The notes below the pieces were generated by a model. That model was not told the origin of the DNA and did no database searches. It saw only the letters and a list, made by a program, of their open reading frames with translations. The position numbers and the translations under genes are program-made. Source: Leucoraja ocellata (Eukaryota). Taken from it: a stretch of 64,000 nucleotides of DNA. The stretch covers positions 11,284,001 to 11,348,000 of the forward strand of contig JAWMAR010000023.1 in NCBI GenBank assembly GCA_036785375.1, read 5' to 3'. Of the stretch, positions 60,101 to 64,000 are shown piece by piece. How positions within the stretch are numbered: position 1 is the first letter of the stretch; every line of letters begins with the position of its first letter.

Positions 60101-62080
60101 GATTCAGTTACCTCCCAAACTTTAAAGAACAAAAATCAGGCTTTGCTTAAAAAATGCACACCTGAAATAAAACACATGCAAACACATTATGCCACTCAAT
60201 ATGCACTTCATGTAATATTATTTATCAACCAAAGTGTTCAAATGCAGTCACACTTCTCTTATAGTTCATCCACCACCACCTAAATGACATCTTCTGACCT
60301 GCCCTCAATGTTAAACTTTCTTATCTGCTCAAATAAATTATTGTTTTAATTATTTCACTAAATTCAGGTTTCTTTCACAACTTCTATAACTTCCTGGGCC
60401 TCATGTAGTCCATGCTCACCATCAATCACCCATTCACATTATGTTCAAGAAGGAACTGCAAATGCTGGAAAACCGAAGGTAGACACAAATGCTGGAGAAA
60501 CTCAACGGGTGCGGCAGCATCTATGGAGCGAAGGAAATACGCAACGTTTTGAGCCGAAACCCTTCTTCAGACAGAAGAAGGGTTTCAGCCCAAAAAGTTG
60601 CCTATTTCCTTTGCTCCATAGATGCTGCTGCACCCGCTGAGTTTCTCCAGCATTTTCTTTCTACCCATTCACATTAGTTCTTGGTTATCGCACTTTCTCA
60701 TCCACTCCGACACACTAGGGGCAATTTTACTGATTAACCTACAAACTATCATCTTTGCGATGTGGGAGGAAAGCAAACGCTGGGGGAAAACCCATGTGGT
60801 CTAGGGCAACTTGTAATCCCCCCACACAGACTGCACCCTAAGTCCGGATCAAACTGGCTATGACACCAAAGTACTTTAATCAATCAGATTTAAAATTTTG
60901 TGATAACCCTAATTTGTTCCTGCCACAAGCAAACGACAGAAAACAAATAGCATTTCACTCTGATGCTTTACAGGGCAAAGCTATAAAGGATAAATCTACT
61001 GTTGCAATGACGTATGTTATACGAGTCAAATGGGTGGAGGACAAGAAATGTCATACACACCCTATTTGTTTTAAAATAATCCTTACATACAAGTAGTAAC
61101 GTCTTGGAATTCTTATACTTATAATTTCTTATAATCAATGATGCCATAACAATCAGATCACTCTAAAGTCACCTTGTTGTGGAGTTCCTCAGAGTTAAGA
61201 CATCAGCTCCCCTCCCACACAAACCACAATAATTTTAATGTAGATCAGTTTTAATTCTGAACCTAATATCAGGCCAGTCCATCTACTTTTCTCAATGAAT
61301 TTCAAAACCTCGTCTGCCACTCAGGATAGTGGAAATTAACATAACAGTAGAAATATCTGATTGGGGTTAACCATTCCTAAACACAGAGGCAGGCAGAGGA
61401 TAACAGTGAAACCACATGTTTACATTCACGAGGACATGACGTGTTTCTCTTAATATTTAATAATAGCACGCAGGAGCTTATTGAGAGGAAAAGTACAGCT
61501 TAAGAATAAGGGGTAGGTCATTTAGAACTGAGACGAGGAAAAACTTTTTCACACAGAGTTGTGAATTTGTGGAATTATCTGCCTCAGAAGGCAGTGGAGG
61601 CCAATTCACTGGATGTTTTCAAGATAAAGTTAGATATAGCTCTTAGGGCTAATGGAATGAAGGGGTATGGGGAGAAGGCAGGAACGGGGTATTGATTGTG
61701 GATGATCAGCTATGATCATATTGAATGGCGGTGCTGGCTCGAAGGGCCGAATGGCCTACTCCTGCACCTGAGGTCTATGTACAGATATCAGAGTGGTTCA
61801 CACCCCCCCCCCCCCCCCCCCAAGGTCACTGATCCAATGGTTCTGATTAATAAACACACTTTAACAGGGCTGCATTTGATTATATACTTAAAGCCCACGC
61901 GTTCAATAGCGATTTATTACTGAAATATTCACTACTACAGAGCCGGGTGACAGGTTAAAAAAAGTTTCTGAAGTTGCAAGTACCTTTCATCAGGGCAATG
62001 GAGAGCTGGTCTGTGTTGAGGTTATTGACATATTTGCCAATGTAAGTGTTTAGCACCCAGGCTGCCAGTCCCTCCAGCAT
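17..62080 (-). CDS. VPS13D: VPS13D bridge-like lipid transfer protein, coding exons 1-32 (partial, continues beyond position 1)
   Basis: Starts [40 protein letters not shown] (chorein-N). 32 exons join in frame with matching phases, 2588 codons. Peptides such as QYLQSWFPGWGGWYG, SDDEYKTPLATPP and YLSQSCPS recognised as VPS13D. Confidence 0.97.
722..855 (-). CDS. VPS13D: VPS13D coding exon 31 (134 nt)
   Basis: cacag|GT; GTEFVVVEDMSCHDTNAVILKATTVLTYKPRLVDRPFSGSLGGIE; |gtaaaa. Confidence 0.95.
1813..2075 (-). CDS. VPS13D: VPS13D coding exon 30 (263 nt)
   Basis: cccag|G; STRDASCFTVVLNNLRVFVIFDWL...LEVKINVT; G|gtaaaa. Confidence 0.94.
2365..2850 (+). mobile_element. Rex1/Babar LINE 3' fragment (degenerate)
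   Basis: Peptide LLTSGRRCRRL...NSFFSSTIRLLN followed by an AT-rich 3'UTR. Confidence 0.75.
2944..3939. mobile_element. Non-autonomous TIR DNA transposon, 17-bp TIR, 5-bp TSD TACTT
   Basis: gtagcaatgttacaaaa / ttttgtaacatacctac (2 mismatches); TACTT at 2939-2943 and 3940-3944; interrupts a CR1 3' tail. Confidence 0.85.
3576..3635. repeat. Tandem triplication of ~20-bp gccccatttaatgtaaa(a)gaa inside the TIR element
   Basis: Read directly from the sequence. Confidence 0.9.
4221..4433 (-). CDS. VPS13D: VPS13D coding exon 29 (213 nt)
   Basis: ttcag|G; FDFKKSKLLYESFSNTTKSVNLVSHSMMAHDTR...QMELHY; AG|gtgaca. Confidence 0.94.
5278..5393 (-). CDS. VPS13D: VPS13D coding exon 28 (116 nt)
   Basis: ctcag|; TVLTGEVYTNMSFLIDMMNVSLEL...SLA; AG|gtattt. 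Confidence 0.94.
5700..5942 (+). mobile_element. CR1/HER1 LINE 3' fragment
   Basis: ...tggaatgcattg...gtggtggaggcag...gggccagagggcctgtt...ttctatgtt tail. Confidence 0.7.
6154..6325 (-). CDS. VPS13D: VPS13D coding exon 27 (172 nt)
   Basis: ctcag|G; EISHAVPDMAIHGSLSSVHCSLDLGKYKLIRGLIQNNLGEPIEEFMRPFDLQDPSIH; |gtaagt. Confidence 0.95.
7034..7244 (-). CDS. VPS13D: VPS13D coding exon 26 (211 nt)
   Basis: tttcag|AA; EEHICLLDCIVVDLQDMDIFTAERHPRE...LQVERNLD; AA|gtaagt. Confidence 0.94.
7445..7679 (-). CDS. VPS13D: VPS13D coding exon 25 (235 nt, poorly conserved linker)
   Basis: tgccag|; EPANFPSEE...ELKESE; G|gtaata; open frame with required phase 0 to 1. Confidence 0.8.
7905..8058 (+). mobile_element. 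CR1 LINE 3' tail
   Basis: gatcagccatgatcatatt...ggctcgaagggccgaatggcct. Confidence 0.8.
8651..8771 (+). mobile_element. Penelope-like terminal fragment (degenerate hammerhead core)
   Basis: ctggagaaaggtcttgacctgaaacatc...gttactccagc. Confidence 0.65.
8773..9092 (-). mobile_element. HE1-type tRNA-derived V-SINE
   Basis: tRNA-like head, V-domain core, (taaac)n HER1-type tail. Confidence 0.85.
9137..9230 (+). mobile_element. Old Penelope-like terminal fragment
   Basis: ctgaggaaggg...tgaaa...gctgcttga...ctgagttcttgcagc. Confidence 0.5.
9486..9620 (+). mobile_element. Penelope-like terminal fragment
   Basis: cagtctgaagaagagc...aaaac...gtgctgcctgacccattgagttcctccagc. Confidence 0.65.
11189..11310. 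repeat. Inverted repeat of Rex1/Babar-type 3' tails (47-bp arms, 15-nt spacer)
   Basis: 11189-11235 vs 11251-11297, 2 mismatches; each arm contains tgacaataaa plus (attct)n. Confidence 0.85.
12420..12720 (+). mobile_element. Rex1/Babar LINE 3' fragment
   Basis: PHHPGY...LLSGRRHRSLKTVSSRLRNSFFPTAIRLLN. Confidence 0.8.
15083..15265 (-). CDS. VPS13D: VPS13D coding exon 24 (183 nt)
   Basis: tctag|; VRDKAQRASRILLDIEAGAPVVLIPESS...GTFSLRDK; |gtaaaa. Confidence 0.94.
16209..16398. mobile_element. Penelope-like fold-back pair, 14-bp TSD
   Basis: Inverted arms; tatgatgcaagttc (16195) / taagatgcaagttc (16399). Confidence 0.8.
16961..17111. mobile_element. Penelope-like fold-back pair lacking the hammerhead, 15-bp TSD
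   Basis: Near-perfect palindrome centred on ggaaaatttcc; gtatttttttaaatg at 16946 and 17112. Confidence 0.85.
17130..17720 (+). mobile_element. Degenerate CR1 LINE ORF2 3' part
   Basis: gacctgggtg...gcctcggtgagact...gaatattgcgcacagttt...ggagtgcag. Confidence 0.65.
18048..18228 (-). CDS. VPS13D: VPS13D coding exon 23 (181 nt)
   Basis: actag|A; YGRADPKLQRDCDVRVSFQMASVQYVHTQRFQAEVVAFIQHF...EGQA; |gtaagc. Confidence 0.94.
18791..19086 (+). mobile_element. HE1-type V-SINE (older subfamily)
   Basis: tRNA-like head; gtgtggagtttgcacgttctccc core; gggctgaagggcctgttt tail. Confidence 0.8.
19741..19867 (-). CDS. VPS13D: VPS13D coding exon 22 (127 nt)
   Basis: tatag|AT; DGDFALHGSLGSLSLSDLTSHGELYRERFTTSGKEALVFNIY; AA|gtatgc. 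Confidence 0.94.
21313..21502. mobile_element. Penelope-like fold-back pair with intact minimal hammerhead core, ~15-bp TSD
   Basis: CTGAAGA-A-GGGTC-TC-GACCC-GAAAC-GTC at 21455-21482; aaagttacatggtgt / aaggttatatggtgt. Confidence 0.82.
22034..22340 (-). mobile_element. CR1 LINE 3' end (young)
   Basis: LRIRGKSFKTEMRRTFFTQRVVNLWNSLPQRVVEA...; (tttctatg)n tail. Confidence 0.9.
23127..23313. mobile_element. Penelope-like fold-back pair, 13-bp TSD
   Basis: Junction cttcagtctggag; ggaaaatacatta (23114) / gggaaatacatta (23314). Confidence 0.75.
23599..23689 (-). CDS. VPS13D: VPS13D coding exon 21 (91 nt; GC donor)
   Basis: tttttag|; VHSLSLVLNKKTNELAKANVSKLAAHLALI; TAG|gcaagt. Confidence 0.9.
23725..23913. 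mobile_element. Penelope-like fold-back pair, ~15-bp TSD, 35 nt from the exon 21 acceptor
   Basis: aacaaactcgtatcg (23710) / aacaaactcagatcg (23914); minus-strand core ctgaagaagggtcccgacccgaaacgtc. Confidence 0.8.
24247..24550 (+). mobile_element. HE1-type V-SINE, full length
   Basis: A box ggtagcgcagtggt, B box gattcgatccc, V domain, HER1-like tail. Confidence 0.9.
24861..25077. mobile_element. Penelope-like fold-back pair, 15-bp TSD
   Basis: gatctcgtatcatca (24846) / gatctcatatcatca (25078). Confidence 0.82.
25102..25269. mobile_element. PIF/Harbinger-type MITE
   Basis: TIR agggcctgtcccacttcacgacct / aggtcgtgaaagtgggacatgccct; TAA on both sides. Confidence 0.8.
25264..25307. repeat. 22-bp tandem duplication tgcccttaaacttacaaagact
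   Basis: Read directly from the sequence. Confidence 0.9.
25299..25526. repeat. Near-perfect ~110-bp-arm palindrome with 6-nt loop
   Basis: 25299-25410 vs 25417-25526; one substitution and one AG-unit difference. Confidence 0.95.
25657..26694 (-). CDS. VPS13D: VPS13D coding exon 20 (1038 nt)
   Basis: ctgcag|GTAATG; VMLAKHVYEQVLQTLDNL...YLSQSCPS...NTKLDLK; |gtattt. Confidence 0.95.
26950..27545 (+). mobile_element. Degenerate CR1 3' region, interrupted by a minus-strand Rex1/Babar tail at ~27125-27190
   Basis: gaagtcatgatgaac...gttggttcagcca...; tttattgtcacatgcacc...gtgaaatt. Confidence 0.55.
27595..27694 (+). mobile_element. Single Penelope-like terminal fragment, perfect 15-bp TSD
   Basis: cagtaagatcaacca at 27580 and 27695; insert begins tcagtctgaaaaaggg. 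Confidence 0.85.
28117..28274 (-). CDS. VPS13D: VPS13D coding exon 19 (158 nt)
   Basis: ctccag|CC; AFHILNDTTIQFVLEKIP...KIEGKFVNPLK; |gtaaaa. Confidence 0.93.
28321..28627 (-). mobile_element. HE1-type V-SINE
   Basis: Reverse complement of the 24247 family. Confidence 0.88.
28655..28857. mobile_element. Older Penelope-like fold-back pair
   Basis: ggaactcagcaggtcaggcagcatc...cagtctgaagaaggg...gagttcctccagc. Confidence 0.7.
29281..29430 (-). mobile_element. HE1-type V-SINE, 3' half
   Basis: tttagagatacagcgcggaaacaggcccttcggccc. Confidence 0.85.
29500..31719 (-). CDS. VPS13D: VPS13D coding exon 18 (large exon, 2220 nt)
   Basis: Lies within the 783-aa ORF; tacag|AT (DEPK...) to ...SIHNGQ G|gtcggt; contains SDDEYKTPLATPP. 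Confidence 0.95.
32234..32366 (-). CDS. VPS13D: VPS13D coding exon 17 (133 nt)
   Basis: accag|; ENDKRWMMKLDISAPQVIFPDDF...DLGRILLTNFR; G|gtaatt. Confidence 0.95.
32393..32715 (-). mobile_element. HE1-type V-SINE, tail next to the exon 17 polypyrimidine tract
   Basis: Full head, core and tail. Confidence 0.88.
33554..33684 (-). CDS. VPS13D: VPS13D coding exon 16 (131 nt)
   Basis: cctag|GC; GFGYQSELELRVADAARKQYNKLKMQTKAEIRQTIDQLLVGEFI; |gtaagt. Confidence 0.95.
33779..34090 (-). mobile_element. L2-clade LINE 3' end
   Basis: (gtcaa)n, tttatttctatagcac...ccaaagtgctttaca, gagttttaagtctcgacttaaa. Confidence 0.7.
34480..34685. mobile_element. Penelope-like fold-back pair
   Basis: ...cttcgggtccagactgaagaagggtcgcgacctgaaacgcc... 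Confidence 0.78.
35109..35288 (-). CDS. VPS13D: VPS13D coding exon 15 (180 nt)
   Basis: tacag|CT; PVFEMIYEKNP...TRPLNIIYNPLVIKKVADFFYKGKVHTS; G|gtcagt. Confidence 0.92.
35445..35850. mobile_element. Penelope-like terminal sequences (longer plus-strand pLTR piece, core at ~35730)
   Basis: cacctgtatccatctatcac...cggtctgaagaagggtcccgacccaaaacgcc... Confidence 0.65.
36250..36325 (-). CDS. VPS13D: VPS13D coding exon 14 (76 nt)
   Basis: taacag|; ENDAASLSQTLGMRSTLSETANVNP; CAG|gtgagg. Best candidate supplying the required phase 0 to phase 1 change; peptide weakly conserved. Confidence 0.82.
38243..38373 (-). CDS. VPS13D: VPS13D coding exon 13 (131 nt)
   Basis: ttccag|GA; GVKIGVESSPR...LGGLFLRDMAAQGSLFPVLVSPKP; |gtaggt. 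Confidence 0.9.
39618..39800 (-). CDS. VPS13D: VPS13D coding exon 12 (183 nt)
   Basis: gtcag|AT; DGDEIFNTMTDTSNLNTFTRRDHVFIKLNF...VELEFS; G|gtaatt. Confidence 0.92.
40150..40372 (+). mobile_element. Degenerate CR1/HER1 3' end
   Basis: tggaatgggctgccagg...ttggtcagcatggatgagttggaccaaaggcc. Confidence 0.65.
42320..42539 (-). CDS. VPS13D: VPS13D coding exon 11 (220 nt)
   Basis: gacag|; KLREPP...SGMIQYLQSWFPGWGGWYG...WSPEESL; G|gtatga. Confidence 0.92.
43484..43585 (-). CDS. VPS13D: VPS13D coding exon 10 (102 nt)
   Basis: ttcttag|; EELERIEDEQSFEELEILREIVFEQFKKHDILAE; |gtcagg. Confidence 0.92.
43823..43991 (-). CDS. VPS13D: VPS13D coding exon 9 (169 nt)
   Basis: tag|T; NSREWWNFALNANLAEIREQR...LEEE; |gtaatg. 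Confidence 0.93.
44900..45188 (-). mobile_element. Penelope-like element, GIY-YIG endonuclease C-terminus plus 3' region
   Basis: Manual translation QPDLPVAQHFNSPSHSESDL...LEEQHLIFCLGSSHPSGMNIDFSNFR* (stop 45002-45004). Confidence 0.85.
45190..45790 (-). mobile_element. Degenerate CR1 reverse-transcriptase fragment
   Basis: Remnants VTSSVSQ, KLPDDTKI, LAFTSWGIEYRSLDIMIQL. Confidence 0.75.
45502..45998. repeat. 63-bp direct repeat (45502-45564 and 45936-45998)
   Basis: One mismatch between the copies. Confidence 0.9.
46238..46338 (-). CDS. VPS13D: VPS13D coding exon 8 (101 nt)
   Basis: ctcag|; VQYQQLMTFLKEMERKERQLQLRKWRPKVPIKL; AA|gtaagt. Confidence 0.92.
47005..47102 (-). mobile_element. 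Penelope-like terminal fragment
   Basis: gatgtttctggtcgggacccttcttcagac. Confidence 0.65.
47345..48430 (-). mobile_element. Degenerate CR1 ORF2 with nested Rex1/Babar 3' tail (~47525-47720)
   Basis: EVMMQLYRTLVRPHLEYC..., FADNTKI; tail (caata)n tttattgtcatttgagcctcagtgaggctcaaa. Confidence 0.75.
48895..49065 (-). CDS. VPS13D: VPS13D coding exon 7 (171 nt)
   Basis: ttccag|; DAIDHCLQNRDHKYILEPVCASALLKRN...IPLKLSQ; |gtaagg. Confidence 0.93.
49277..49447. mobile_element. Penelope-like fold-back pair, hammerhead cores on both strands
   Basis: gacgtttcgggtcgagacccatcttcag|tctgaagaagggtcttgacccgaaacatc. Confidence 0.85.
49838..50561. mobile_element. Tc1/mariner (Tigger/pogo-like) element end with GC-rich internal repeats
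   Basis: Terminus ggtcccaaggctttcggataaaaggttgtgcacctg|TA; other TIR not found; internal inverted repeat 49841-49954 / 50107-50221. Confidence 0.65.
50615..50719 (-). CDS. VPS13D: VPS13D coding exon 6 (105 nt; GAG acceptor)
   Basis: ttttattctgag|; VEKSIRKKRLKIEDFSIYWDMDTELLGDVPPSELQ; |gtatga. Confidence 0.88.
51292..51408 (-). CDS. VPS13D: VPS13D coding exon 5 (117 nt)
   Basis: tag|; LNVRDVHLRFEDDITNPEHPFAFGICIKSVSVQNAEDEL; |gtaagt. Confidence 0.93.
53046..53188 (+). mobile_element. HE1-type SINE 3' half inside an old LINE remnant (~52960-53550)
   Basis: taattggcctctgtaaattgcccctagtgtgtag...aagggcctgt. Confidence 0.7.
53782..53862 (-). CDS. VPS13D: VPS13D coding exon 4 (81 nt)
   Basis: ttccag|; SDQQQKGESYWYSATASMVTRIVENVE; |gtgagt (not in ORF track). 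Confidence 0.93.
55425..55665 (+). mobile_element. CR1 LINE 3' end
   Basis: cagagttgtgaatctgtggaattctctgcctcag...ggctcgaagggctgaatgg. Confidence 0.85.
57067..57257 (-). CDS. VPS13D: VPS13D coding exon 3 (191 nt)
   Basis: cag|GT; GFIGKITLQIPFYRPHVEPW...LEAKWK; AAG|gttggt. Confidence 0.93.
57645..57722 (-). CDS. VPS13D: VPS13D coding exon 2 (78 nt)
   Basis: tag|GC; [26 protein letters not shown]; G|gtaag. Confidence 0.95.
57977..58963 (+). mobile_element. Rex1/Babar LINE, 5'-truncated, uninterrupted RT C-terminal ORF (stop 58759), (gaatt)n tail
   Basis: VPQGCVLSPLLYSLFTHDC...KFADDT...KAQQRLYFLRRLKK...LPSGRRYRS. Confidence 0.92.
59040..59625 (+). mobile_element. Degenerate CR1/HER1 3' region interrupted at 59154-59287
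   Basis: tctggtcaccctactata...gaggtttataaaatcatgaggg...tggatgagttgg. Confidence 0.7.
60442..60662. mobile_element. Penelope-like fold-back pair, 14-bp TSD
   Basis: acccattcacatta at 60428 and 60663; junction cttcagacagaagaaggg. Confidence 0.82.
60700..60850 (-). mobile_element. Degenerate HE1-type SINE core
   Basis: cactaggggcaatttt...ttaacctacaaac...gtgggaggaaa. Confidence 0.6.
61499..61778 (+). mobile_element. CR1 LINE 3' end
   Basis: Same family as 22034 and 55425; gtacag on both flanks. Confidence 0.88.
61984..62080 (-). CDS. VPS13D: VPS13D coding exon 1 (97 nt)
   Basis: gccATG Kozak context; [13 protein letters not shown]...ALMK; donor AAG|gtac. Confidence 0.95.
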
Positions 62081-62152
62081 GGCTGGGCTGGGCTGGGCTG
62101 AGCTGGGTTGGGTGGCGGTGGTGGTGGCGGTGTCGGTGTCGGTGTCGGTGTC
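62081..62152. repeat. (GGGCT)n and (GGTGTC/GGTGGC)n microsatellites immediately upstream of the ATG
   Basis: Read directly from the sequence. Confidence 0.85.
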
Positions 62153-62550
62153 GCCCAACAGGGCCCGGCCTGAGGATCGGGCGGCCGCGGTTGCTAAGGC
62201 CGCACGCGATGACCCGCGCTGACCCCCGGCTGCCGGAGGACGGCACATGCGCACTCCGCCCGCCCGAAGCCCAACCCAGACAGGCGGCGCAGGCGCACTC
62301 CGCCATTCGGCCGCCCCGCCCATCCAACCAGCAGGGCGACGCATGCGCATTCCGCCCGTCGGTCACACACCCCCCCCCCTCCGGCCGGCCAGGGGCGGCG
62401 CTTGCGCAGACGCACACCGCCCAGCCTCATCCCGTCGCCCCGCCCATCCAGCCAGCCAGACTGCGCATGCTCATTCCGCCCGGTGTTCGGACAGCGCTCC
62501 TCCCGCGACAGCGGCGCCACGAGGTCAAGAGCAAGTGAGGCCGAGGCCCT
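62081..62550 (-). promoter_or_regulatory. CpG-island promoter/5'UTR of VPS13D with NRF1-like motifs and GC boxes
   Basis: Abrupt GC/CpG-rich block next to the ATG; GCGCAnGCGC-like motifs at 62243, 62287, 62340, 62403, 62462; several CCGCCC boxes; no TATA box seen. Confidence 0.85.
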
Positions 62551-62577
62551 CATTCATGGCACAACAGGACTCCTAAA

Positions 62578-62661
62578 CCTCACTATCTCCATTGCAGGTG
62601 ATAGACTTCTAACCGACATACACTATAAACCCACTGACTCCCATGGCTAAAAAAATTCAAG
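62578..62661 (+). mobile_element. Internal Penelope-like RT fragment between 14-bp direct repeats
   Basis: LTISIAGDRLLTDIHYKPTDSHG; acaggactcctaaa at 62564 and 62662. Confidence 0.7.
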
Positions 62662-62789
62662 ACAGGACTCCTAAATGTCATTGATCATTCAATGGGAACT
62701 TTTTTACACGGTAACAAGCAGTATTACTAAGTCTGAATATTAATTAATAGTGAGTCTGAAGAATGGTATCCATGCCCTCCAGAGATGGT

Positions 62790-63485
62790 TTAAAAAAAAT
62801 TCAAAATAGACTTTATTCAGGTAATAAATATATACAATACATGAACCATGCGACAAATTCATCTGACATTCTCGGAGGCTATACAAATTATTCACGTTCA
62901 AGTTTATTGTCATGTGTCCCTAATAGGACAATGAAACTCTTCCTTTGCTTCAGCACACAGAACATAGTACGCATTGACTGCAAAACACATGAATAAATAA
63001 ACTGATAAAGTGCAAAATGATAGATAATGGGTTATTAATGTTCAGAGTTTTGTCCGAGCCAGGTTTAATAGCCTGATGGCTGTGGGGAAGTAGCTATTCC
63101 TGAACCTGGTCGTTGCAGTTTTCAGGCTTCAATACAATTCAACCTGGGCGTTGCAGTCTTCAATACAGTCTACATACATTGCTCAAATTTCACAAATTTA
63201 TCCCCCACCCTTGCCACTCAAGTGGAATCCCCTTATTTTGAGGGGCGTCTCCACCCTGCCTCCCAATGTCCAGCAGCAGAAGGACCCTAGACTTTGGTCC
63301 TCCCCCACCGAGCCTTGGCGTTGGCTGCACCGAGCTTCAGTGCGTCCCTCAGCAAGTACTCCTACAGTCTGCAGCGGGCCAGTCGGCAACATTCCCCAAA
63401 GGACATCTCGCTCCACTGGATGGTGAACAGTGCTTGGGCAGACCAAAGCATGTCTTTCACCGCATTGATGACCTTCCAGTAGCAC
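62790..63485 (-). mobile_element. Tx1 (L1-clade) 3' end with nested Rex1/Babar 3' fragment at ~62893-63128
   Basis: Manual translation WKVINAVKDMLWSA...ECCRLA...LRDALKLGAANAKARWG; nested RFRNSYFPTAIRLLN. Confidence 0.75.
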
Positions 63486-63568
63486 CAGAGATGTTGCCTG
63501 ACCTACTGAGTTACGCCAGCACTTTGTGCTCTAAGCACGGTTCCAGCATCTGTAGTTCTTTGTGTCAA
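63486..63568 (+). mobile_element. Penelope-like terminal fragment
   Basis: cagagatgttgcctgacctactgagttacgccagc. Confidence 0.65.
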
Positions 63569-64000
63569 CGTTAGTAAAGGAAGAGAAAAGGTCAAGGAAT
63601 CGATGCATCTTTGCTGTTCATTGAATCTCTGGGCGTTGACAATGCCCATTAACCATCCTTAATGCAGACAAAAGAAAAGTTAGACCCAGTGTGTTGTGTA
63701 ATGTGACCCATACACAGGAGTAACAACTCATAGTCCTTTATTGTAACACAAGCGGAGGAAACATTACATGCTATCGTCTCCGTAGTCAACATCAAGTCTG
63801 ACCGTGAGATGGTGAACTACCATTATCAATAGGGAGGTTACACATAAAGTCATAAGGTCAAAGGGTGTGATGCACTGAGTAGCTCAATCCTTCTGGGGTA
63901 CAAGGCAGCTTCTGGCATACGCTAGTAACACACGAAACACGTACGTTCTTACCTGTTAAAAAACGGCAAATTGGTCAATTTTTTTGCACTGTAAAAAATT

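Noticed and set aside
62081-62350. N-terminal extension of VPS13D from upstream in-frame ATGs
   Set aside because: These ATGs lie inside NRF1 motifs, probably upstream of the TSS; open frames are expected in GC-rich DNA, and VPS13 proteins start at the chorein-N MLE motif.

Overview
Vertebrate genomic DNA, almost certainly a cartilaginous fish and probably a skate or ray (HE1-type V-SINEs, HER1/CR1, Rex1/Babar, Tx1 and Penelope-like repeats). Nearly the whole window is the 5' part of VPS13D on the minus strand. I reconstructed 32 consecutive coding exons (ATG at 62080 down to position 17; 7764 nt, 2588 codons, phases consistent at every junction); the gene continues past the left edge. A CpG-island promoter with five NRF1-like motifs lies at about 62080-62550. 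Most notable: (i) many short Penelope-like terminal fragments carrying a minimal hammerhead-ribozyme core, mostly inserted as fold-back palindromes with 13-15 bp target-site duplications; (ii) two further fold-back palindromes built on Rex1/Babar 3' tails; (iii) a ~1 kb TIR element with GTAG...CTAC ends and a 5-bp TSD that I cannot classify; (iv) splicing oddities: a GC-AG intron, a GAG acceptor, a possible recursive splice site at a 1038-nt exon and a candidate 48-nt cassette exon. All family assignments are by eye, without database searches; repeat boundaries are approximate unless a TSD/TIR is quoted.
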